Assembly (NCBI GenBank): GCA_043228905.1
Contig: JBHGNT010000018.1
Location: 14,198,001-14,262,000 of the forward strand
Source of the DNA: Azolla caroliniana
Taxonomy: Eukaryota > Plantae > Polypodiophyta
DNA length: 64,000 bases
Direction of reading: 5' to 3'
The notes under the pieces were generated by a model that did not search any database, was not told the DNA's origin, and saw only the letters and a program-made list of their open reading frames with translations. Positions 38,666 to 48,498 of this stretch are shown here, in pieces (the stretch's first letter is position 1; each line of letters begins with the position of its first letter). A program made the translations under genes and the position numbers.

Positions 38666-38890
38666 TGTCGGGCTCCACATTATCAGTCGGGCTCCCTTTT
38701 TACCAGAGTCGGGCTCCCTTTTGAATGAGTGGGGCTCCCTTTTTTAATGAACATGAATGAGTCGGGCTCCACATTAATCAGTCGGGCTCCCTTTTTACCA
38801 GAGTCGGGCTCCCTTTTTAATGAGTGGGGCTCCCTTTTTTAATGAACATGAATGAGTCGAGCTCCACACTAATCAGTCAGGCTCCCTTTT
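38666..38890. repeat. Array of ~10 AGTCGGGCTCC motifs (higher-order repeat of ~90 bp) upstream of the MULE transposase
   Basis: Directly visible; the same motif occurs at the MULE termini. Confidence 0.85.
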
Positions 38891-39570
38891 GAATAAGATT
38901 CACATTGAGTCTTGTTATGTCTTTGAAGAAGATTGACATCGAGTCTTGTTATGTCTTTGAATAAGATTGACATTGAGTCTTGTTATGTCTTTTGTATTGT
39001 TTACAACAAGGACCGAAGCACTCTTTCTATATACTTACTCTTTCTACAACAACATTCTTTGATTACAACACTCTTTCTATATACTTACTCTTTCTTGGCC
39101 TTTCTCAAAAACCATTGCCGTGACTACTTGTCAATAAGCTATTAGTTTTATTCTTTTGACACCCAAAACATACAACCAAAATGAGATTCATAATGAGATT
39201 CAAATATTGATTTGATATTACAAAATGATTTTCAGATAGAGTCCACATTGAGTGATTTACAACCAAAATGAGATTCAAATATTGATTTGATATTACAAAA
39301 ATGAGAATGTACATCAAATTGAGTCATATACAACCAAAATGAGATTCAAATAATAAGACTCACAACAAGAATGTACATCAACAAAGACATATACAACCAA
39401 AATGAGATTCACACAATAAGACTCAAAACCAGAATGTACATCAAATTGAGTCATATACAACCAAAATGAGATTCAAATATTTACCAGATATTACAAAAAA
39501 GTTGACAATCCGCATGAGATAGTAAATCGAGATCATATGTTTGATGTTACAAAGTACAACATGCTAGTGA

Positions 39571-41400
39571 TTAAAATAACCCTATGCACAGAGTCCTTCG
39601 TGTCCATTTTGCCATGATTTTCCGAAGGAGCTGCACATCTTCGAATCCAAACCATTGCTCCTTACCCTACACCACAAGATGCCATCAACCTAAGCCCAAA
39701 TTCAATTCTCATAAATACTTACAAATTGATCGGACTCAAATCCTTGAATGAACTCCTCGACCAACATTCGAATGGTTTGCATCACGTAATACCCACAATC
39801 CGTCCCATTAGGTTGGGTTGGGATATGCAATACCTGGAACCGCTCGTTGTTGATGATGCAATGGTCGTGTGTGGCGCTAGAGATATGTCGTACAGCCAAA
39901 TCACCCAATGTCTTCATGCCTGCAGTCGGATGATTATTTAGTGGATCGCAAAAAATAATATGGTTCCTCACCTTGGCATCGAGACCTATAGGAGTCTGTC
40001 GCATCTTCAACCAAAGCACCCAATGCCCTGAGTGCAATATCGGAATGAAGACATATTCCCATTCAGGAACCCGAGTGAGTATGTCTTCACCCTTATCACT
40101 TTGGCCTTCTAGTTGTACCCATAGTGGATCCACAATATGAAACCGCTTGTTGATCTCAGGGGGCAACGAGTACTCCATCCATAAGTGGAAGAGGGTCATC
40201 ATCCATGTGGATGCCATCTCCCCTACAGTGCACAACGAACATAGTTCTACCTCCGTAAAAAAGACCGCTAGATCTAATTGTCGAGAAGCCACCTGAAACC
40301 TGTTTATTAGGCTAGATTAGTAACTACAAAAAAAACATGAAGTTAACTATTGATCTCATGCCCCCACCATAACGGCATACTTAGTGAACTTATTTCTTGT
40401 TGTGTTATCCCATGTTTTTGTGATTGTCCCAGGACCAATAAAGACAATCCCAATGTCCGCACCCTCATCTGTGTCAGATGATGTAATGACCGACAATTTA
40501 CTAGGGTCCACAGTTTTCTTGCGGATTTGGATTTTAGGCCTCCTTGGTTGTTGGGTTGTCGATTCTGACAGTTGGTCTTGACCACCATCGATCTCGACAT
40601 GTGTCTCATCTTCTGGCATGGGAATTCCATGATTCTTACACTAAAATTCATACATAAGATTCACACATAATCATTCACACACTAGATTTAGACTCACATA
40701 AGATGCACACATAATCATAAACCTTACTTACATAAGCTTCAGACACAGCCGCAATCTTCAACTTCAATTGGGCATCCTATCCTCCTTTCCCTCGTCATAC
40801 CTGGCCATCTGTTGGCTGACGAATTGGGCAATGAAATCGGCCTCCTTGGATGTTTGAAGTGCGTTCAGAGTGGCTTTGAAGATCTTAATCGCTCTTGTCC
40901 TCAACTTCCTCATGTGTGATTGGTGTAACCTGTTGTACTTTAGCTTCGGATCCAAAAAACGCTTTATTGATCGTTGTCTTTCGTAGTGGCTGATGAATGA
41001 CGTGGCTGTACTCCTCATGGAGGTCGATTGCTCTTCTTCTTCTATCTTTAGCCCCCGAGGCAGTACTACACGGATGCCATGTGCCTTCTGTAAGTGAGCC
41101 TCCATGTCAACTTTTTTGCGAAACCATCGTACCTCTTTTCTACATGAATCTCCAACGATACATGTGCGACATTTGATACCTGTCGAGTCTCTTCCCGCCT
41201 TGAAGAGGGACATGGGGTCCACTACAACAATGGTGTGACATTTGCATTAGAAAAACCCAATATATACTTACTTCAATAATGATTATAAGAATGTACATCA
41301 ACTCACCATTTACATTGATATCTTCAACACTTGGCCCCACGTCATGTATGGGGTTCGTATCCATGTTCGAGTCTTCAATAATGATGTTTTCAGCATCCAT
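39571..41400 (-). pseudogene. MULE accessory gene: C2H2-like finger plus ULP1/C48-family cysteine protease, spliced
   Basis: Exons about 41307-41400, 40732-41221, 40381-40640, 39723-40299 and ~39571-39666 with GT-AG borders. Protease motifs VFIPILHSGHWVL, IFCDPL and PTQPNGTDCGYYV (H/D/Q/C). CRTC...CRKEVRWFRKKVDMEAHLQKAH finger. Two frameshifts inferred (~40785, ~39650). Confidence 0.8.
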
Positions 41401-42390
41401 ATTGTTGGATTTGGGGCACCTAGCACCCTTTCTTACAAAAACCCTAAACCATCATTCAAGTTAGCACACAAACATCACTATTTATACACAATATAAAGTT
41501 GAGAAATGATTCATGCCATACCTCCCTTCATAGGGTATTGTTTCACCCCAATCTGCATCAAAGTCTATGAAGGTCTTGGACCGACTAGCCATCTGTACAA
41601 AACACATGCCAAAACATTACCATATGTTTGTCTTTAAATTCAAGAATACTTGAGTCTATCCTATTGTTTCTACACAATACATTAGTGTTAAGGATTTTGG
41701 AATGGACAAAAATTGTCAATGATTTCAAAAAATAGATCAATCTTAACAAATTCTAACATATCAATGTCAATAATTTAAAATTCATGAATGCTACTTGCAG
41801 TTTTTATTTTAGTTTTTGTAATATATATACATAGAGGGCACATTCTAAATTAAGGGAGATAGCCATAATAATGATACGTATTTAAATCATAGTCATAGTT
41901 CATGAGTCCATGACAAATAGTTGGTCTTCATGGAGAATCCTAATTTCATTCAGCAAGAATTTATCATTTATCATTTAGAATACATTAATGGACACAACGT
42001 TTTACTTCCAACTTAAAACATACTTACGTAGACTTACATAGCACACAACTTTTTTTAGTAAGGCATTCATTACATTATTATTATTTGGGGTCAAGCCATC
42101 GCAAAGAATGTATACAAGATTTGAGATTTGACCTTTAAATGTGGGCATAAAAAAGCTCAATAATGCACGAATCACATGGGCAAATTCAAGCATTCAAATA
42201 ATGACATTCAAACCTAATATGGATGATGATTGCTTGAATACACATAGACAAGTATTATTTTTATTCCATGTCTACTCAAAACCATGGTTGATTGCTTGAA
42301 GACACAATAGAAGGAATAAAATCATATTAGGTTCAAGCAATCATCCATATTAGGTTGATGGTTTTTATGACATGGAATAAAACATAAACC

Positions 42391-42530
42391 TAATAGAAGG
42401 AATATGATACCTAATAAAAACCTAAACCTAATAGAAGGAATATGATACCTAATAAAACCCTAAACCTAATAGAAGGAATATGATACCTAATAAAACCCTA
42501 AACCTAATAGAAGGAATATGATACCTACCT
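42391..42530. repeat. 38-bp tandem repeat x3.5 (TAATAGAAGGAATATGATACCTAATAAAACCCTAAACC)
   Basis: Copies start at 42391, 42429, 42467 and 42505. Confidence 0.9.
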
Positions 42531-44950
42531 CTAGATTGCAGGTGCTCGCGGACAACCGATGTTGTGCCTCACGGAAGATGTCTGCAACAGGTGCTGCCAG
42601 ACAGTAGGTGGTGCGGCGCGCTCAAAAACCCTAAACCCTCAACCTCACGCTTCTTGTTTGAAAACAGGAAAAAAATGACAGAAAAAGGCTTTTTATACTT
42701 CCCTCAAACTAATGAGAAGGGCTCCCTTTCACAAAGTGGAGCCCTTCTTTAATGAGACGGGCTCCTTTTTTTGTGAGACGGGCTCCCTCTTTAATTGGTG
42801 CGCTTTTTTGCGCCTTTTCAACAAGGGCTCCCTTTCACAAAGTGGAGCCCTTCTTTAATGAGATGGGCTCCTTTTCCTGTGAGACGGGCTCCCTCTTTAA
42901 TTGGCGTGCTTTTTCGCGCCTTTTCCACAACCACATTGGACGGTGCAGATCGCACGCGCCCTCATTTAGCGACCTGCACCGTCCCTCTCCGTGATTCCCT
43001 CACTTGCCCTCTTTAATATTTGGTAGTAGTTAGACACCACGTCACCATGAGGACATGCCATTATAGCCAATGAATACCATGTATGTATGTGTGCCTGCAT
43101 ATTCTAAATGTTTGAATTCTTCCACATGATCCTTCGAAATATGGAAATCATGTTTGAATATGGAACCATTTGTTTCTCATATGCCATATTCTAAATGTTT
43201 GAAGTTCACTCTACATCGATATCTTATTAAGAGGACTAGGTTCTCAAATATGGTTCTAGACATACAATAGGCTTTGTAATCAAAGTAGGATTTGAAAATT
43301 GATATATTTCAAACATTTTAATATGTAATGTATTTGAATCACCATGAATAACATGTTTGTGTGGTGTCTCTGATTTCATGGGCTTCTTTCGTATCCCTTT
43401 TTCTTCTTGCTTCTCATATGCCATATTCGAAATGCTATTGGAGACACCTTGCATGTTCCACATTTCTCCATTGAATATTTCATATGTTATTATATATGGA
43501 CTTGTTTCCTCCCAATTATTTAGCTATATCAATAAAAGTTGTTGCATGCATCTGACGATTTCTTAGTGTGCTTGGATTGTGAAATTTGAACTTGAATGCA
43601 ATGGACATATTGGTGGTTATTGAAAATGTCATGTGGTTTGTACATATGGCTAGTCGGTCCAAGACCTTCATAGACTTTGATGTGGATTGGGGTGAAACAA
43701 TACCCTATGAAGGGAGGTATGGCATGAATCATTTCTCAACTATATATTGTGTATAAATAGTGATGTTTGTGTGCTAACTTGAATGATGGTTTAGGGTTTT
43801 TGTAAGAAAGGATGCTAGGTGCCCCAAATCCAACGGTATGGATAGTGAAAACATCATTACTGAGAAGCCTATGAATGACTCGAACATGGATACGAACCTT
43901 CGGAAAATCATGGATACGAACATGGATTAAGCCTTCTATTTTTGAAGCTTTTAGATTCATACCTATATAAATTGTGTATGCAATGCTTTAGTAAAAGCTT
44001 GTTTCTTGGTTGGGGATCTTCTTGGTTGCATACGCCCTAGTAAGTCCATAATGAAGAAGATATACTATGTGAACATTACACTAAGGTACACAAAGTAATC
44101 TACAATAATGTTATATGGGGAGTTGAAGATTATGCTCGAAATCCTCAAAAATCAATAAAAGGTATATATCACTTGGAAGCTTAATTGATTTCAACATTCC
44201 AATTTTTCCATCGAGGAGCCCGACTCATATCAAAAGAGGGAGCCCGACTAATTAATGAGGAGCCCGATTCATTGATATGCAGGTGCCCAACTACGTGAAA
44301 TGATGGTGTTGCAACGGTCATACTAACGATCACACTAAATTGATTCACCAAAGTCACTAGCATGCACTAAGAGGTGAACTCATTCACTAAGAGTTGAAAT
44401 CATTCACTTCATTCACAATCTATTAATCACTCGCACTGATTTCATTCACCATAGTGATGAATCAAACCATAGAAATCATTCATGAACAATTGGCATTCTC
44501 GATCATTCACTAAGAGCTGAAATCATTCTCGAAGTGTTGACATTATTCTCGAACTAAATCATTGAAGAAACTAAAATCATCTACTTCAGTCATGTGCATT
44601 ATCGATCACATGGAATTCATTTGAACTTCAATCATTGGCATTCATTTGAATTCATTCACTTTATTCATTGGCATAATCGCTCACATTCACTTCATTCACC
44701 TCAATCATTGACATTCTCGATCACATTGTATTCGCTCACTTCAATCACTGTAGTAATCAACCACAACCATCTATGGAGAGCACAATGCATCATGGTGTCT
44801 TTGCCATGTCGGAAGATGAATTGGAGGATACATCATGGTCGTCCAGTGCATCGTTTGTATTTGAGGTCTCGGGGTTTTGTATCCATGTTTATCCTTTTGC
44901 TGGAAGTTAAAAGCTATATAACATTTCAGGTTCATTTCTAACATGGTGGT

Positions 44951-45291
44951 TGTTACGGGCATGACCATTTAATATCCCGTGGTGAGAATTTACCGTAGTA
45001 TTCTATACACGTGGATAAGTGTGAGGGTTAAACGAGAGTGTAAAGAAGGGGAGGATTACTTTTAATCCTCGGGATTGAGACAACCCATTAGGTCAAGTGT
45101 GAACTTGCCTGGGGGCCTTGGGTATCGCTATAAATAAGAGGCCTAACTACCCTCATTTGATGATCTTTATTGACTACATCGAGACTCTGCTCTTGTGGTG
45201 GGTCATGGATAAGTGTGAGGGTTAAACGAGAGTGTAAAGAATACTACGGTAAATTCTCACCACGGGATATTAAATGGTCATGCCCGTAACA
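44951..45291. mobile_element. 341-bp TG..CA insertion with perfect 54-bp terminal inverted repeats and 5-bp TSD
   Basis: IR 44951-45004 / 45238-45291, TSD GTGGT (44946-44950 / 45292-45296), 36-bp internal direct repeat 45012-45047 / 45206-45241, TATAAATA at ~45128. Confidence 0.9.
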
Positions 45292-47302
45292 GTGGTGGTA
45301 ATAGTGTTGGCAACTATTGGTGGAGTCATATCTTCTTATGTTGGCTCATGATCCATAGGTAGAGTATTCCATGGTATAAAGTCAAATAATAAAGAAAAAG
45401 CACCCAAATTATGAGAGTTAACTTTACTTGGAACATGAGTGAGTTGCATATTAAAGTGACAATCAAACATAGCCCAAATGGTAAGAGCTAACTTTACTTG
45501 AACAAAAGTGTTAAGGGCTCGATGCGGATTAGAAGGATCATAGGGTAAAAGATCTACAATTGCAAAAGATGAGAATTCATCATGTTGTAACTTGTAGATG
45601 TGAAACTATCATATAATAATTGTGGAAGCTAAGTGGCCATCTAGGGAGAAGTAATAGTGCTTGCCATTCTATTTTTATTTGGCAAATGAGTTCTTGAAAG
45701 CTGGGCACAAAGGTACGGTCAACAACATATGGTTAAGTGTTTGATGATGACAATTTTACACCTTTTAGACTATTATGGCACCATGAACACATTTAGTAAT
45801 TAAGGTGTTGAATTCAATACCACTATTACGACCTCTTAAATGTAAATGAAGTGTAAAGTGACTACATACCCTTAACCAAATGTCGAAACCCTAAAAAAGA
45901 AAGAATTCAAAGAAGATAAGGATTTGAACCATAGACCTAACATATCTTAGACAAAACTATAACCACTACCCTATTCACTTTTGTTTTATATGTCAATTGT
46001 TTTATTTTTTTGAGAGTCGGGCTCCTACCCAAAGTTGGTCGGGCTCCTCGTGGCAGAGGCTGTCAGACAATGGGGCTCCTTGTGACAGAGTCGAGCTCTT
46101 GGTGATAGTCGCTGTCATCTTTTTATCCACATTGGACGGTGATCACACGTGCCATCAACGGTGCGACCTGTACCGTCCGGTGATTCCCTCACTTGCCCTC
46201 TTTAATTTTTGGTAGTAGTTAGTCATGAGCATGTATGTATGTACATATGTATATGTATAGCTCGTGTCTATTTGCTACCAAATATTAAATAAGGCAAACG
46301 AGGGAATCGCGGGCACATATGGTGCAGGTCGCTCAGTTGAGGGCCCGTGAGTTCTGCACCCTCCAATGTGGATAAATAGCTCACAACGTCTGTCACCAGG
46401 AGCCCAACTCTCTCACAACCTCTATCACCAGGAGCACGATTGTCTGACATCCTTTGTCGTCGGGAACCTGACTGACTCAGGGTACGAGCTCGACTCAGAA
46501 ACAGACATCAAAAACTCCCAAAAAAATCCAAGTGTAAAACAAAAATTTGCCATGAAAATGTTACATAAAAATTATTCACAAAACCACTACTCTTCCAATT
46601 GCACAAAACTTAAAACTTAAAACTCAAAAACCACACAAACTTTTTTTCCATAAAAAAATATCCTGCATTGGTATTAAACTTAAAGTGGCCAAATGCAATA
46701 TACAGAATAGTCCACTATTACAAAGAATATTGCAACATATTTAACTAGAAAACTATTGAACGCTCATGTTGTCATAACTAGACTCGAACCCATAACCTTT
46801 TGTTACACGGGTCGAGACTTTACCATTAGGTTATGAATTGTAATTTGAAGGATATTATTTTCATTTAGGTTTTATTGGGAAATTGATGTATATTCCAGAT
46901 TTCTCTGGAACATTCTAGAAACTTCAGGAGTATTCCTGAAGACACTATAAAAGGAGGCGCAAGGCATTAGTTCGAACCAAATCGGTTCAACGCCAGTCTT
47001 AAGCCTTCTAACTACTGTTGTATATCTTCCTTCATATAATACATATATCTTTCGCATCATCTCTCTCTCTCTCTCTCTCTCACTCACTCATTCCTTCTCT
47101 CAAAGTTCGACACCTCTCATAGTACTAATCCTTCTCTGTCTTAGTACTATTCCCCAACAATAGTACTAATCCTTCTTTTAGTACTAATTCCTTCTCTGCC
47201 TTAATAGAGTTCCTGATAGTTTGAACCGATTTTTGGGTGCCTGTCTGGTCTTTTCTCTCCCTCCTTTCCTACTAGTCTCTTATTTCCCTTTTCCTTCATC
47301 CC

Positions 47303-48472
47303 ATGGCCACCGTTAGCGCTGAAGAGTATCAATCCGTTTTCTCGGAATTTCAATGCTTGAAAGAGAAGTTTCATGCTTTGGAACAAGAAAATCAACGCTT
47401 GTTGGGGGATCTTCAGCAAATTTCCTTAGAAAAGCAGCAAACGCAACAACAACATGGGGAACTTGCGTTACGCGTGCAACAACTCGAAGCAACCATCGTA
47501 GCAATGCAACAACAAGGGCACGGAGCACAAGGGATTCATAAAGAACCCAAGATTGGCCTTCCCACGAAGTTCGATGGAACGCGATCGCAGTTTAGAGGGT
47601 TTCTTAACCAGGTACGGTTAGTTATTCAAATGCATCTGTCCCGATATCCCACCGATGCATCACGAGTGGGTTTAGTAGGCACGTTGTTAAATGGCTCAGC
47701 ATTAGCATGGTTCGCTCCGCTACTAGAAAAGGAATCTCCAGTACTAAATAATTTTGAAGAATTCATAAGTGAGTTTAAAGCATGTTTTGGAGATACTGAC
47801 AGCATAAGGACTGCAATCAACAAAATCCGGCGATTACGCCAAGGTGACCGTCCAGCCTCCGCATATGCTGCAGATTTCCGCCTACTCGCCGCCGATATCC
47901 CCTGGGATGATCAAGCATTGATGGAGCAGTTCCGCTATGGTCTACGCAACGATGTCAAGGATTTACTCTTGACTTTCCCTGAAGAGCCAAAATCATTAAC
48001 AGAAGCAATCAGTCGAGCGGTCAGATGTGACAACCGCCTCTTCGAGCGACGTTCGGAACGACAATTTCAGATGCCGAGGGCAAGATCCGAGCCTACCTAT
48101 GCCTCAGTGGTAGCAAAACCTTTTCAAAGGGAGTCCCATAATGCGCCTCCAGTAAGTACTCCAACTCCAATGGAAATTGACACTACACGTCGTCGTGGGC
48201 CGCTATCGGAGGAGGAAAAGCAACGACGCCGAACAAACCGATTATGCCTTTATTGCGGTGGACCAGGGCATATCGCGATAAACTGTCCCCATAGACCAAG
48301 AAGGCAGGTAAACCAAGTCGTTGTTAGTTCTGACTATACTAAACCCGAGTCTATTTCAGTAGGAATCTCTGATAGTCCTCATAGTCATAATAGTCCTAAT
48401 AGTACTAATAGTCCGAATCTCGCAAACAAATTTGATGTCCTTAGCCAATTAGAAGAAGAGTTAAACGACTAA
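47303..48472 (+). CDS. gag: Gag (Tf1/sushi/PEG10-like capsid, CCHC knuckle), 389 aa
   Basis: Intact ORF with PTKFDGTRSQFRGFL, LRQG, PMEID and CLYCGGPGHIAINC. Confidence 0.93.
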   Translation: MATVSAEEYQSVFSEFQCLKEKFHALEQENQRLLGDLQQISLEKQQTQQQHGELALRVQQLEATIVAMQQQGHGAQGIHKEPKIGLPTKFDGTRSQFRGFLNQVRLVIQMHLSRYPTDASRVGLVGTLLNGSALAWFAPLLEKESPVLNNFEEFISEFKACFGDTDSIRTAINKIRRLRQGDRPASAYAADFRLLAADIPWDDQALMEQFRYGLRNDVKDLLLTFPEEPKSLTEAISRAVRCDNRLFERRSERQFQMPRARSEPTYASVVAKPFQRESHNAPPVSTPTPMEIDTTRRRGPLSEEEKQRRRTNRLCLYCGGPGHIAINCPHRPRRQVNQVVVSSDYTKPESISVGISDSPHSHNSPNSTNSPNLANKFDVLSQLEEELND

Positions 48473-48498
48473 GTCCAGCCAAAATAGGAGCCGTTTGG

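Larger units (their letters stand above)
29016..43041 (-). mobile_element. Mutator-like element copy 2 with transposase and ULP1-like accessory gene
   Basis: TIRs 29016-~29125 / ~42930-43041 and a perfect 9-bp TSD TCACCATGA (29007-29015 / 43042-43050). Confidence 0.92.
28029..46230 (+). mobile_element. Mutator-like element copy 1 (deletion derivative) hosting copy 2
   Basis: ~110-bp imperfect TIRs (28029-28140 / ~46125-46230) and 9-bp TSD ATGTATGTA (28020-28028 / 46231-46239). Internal ~43640-43870 and ~44200-44840 match the reverse complement of ~41380-41600 and ~38150-38700 of copy 2. Confidence 0.85.

Noticed and set aside
39170-39480. Imperfect CAACCAAAATGAGATTCA repeats
   Set aside because: Real, but appear to be ordinary slippage repeats downstream of the ULP gene; no functional evidence.
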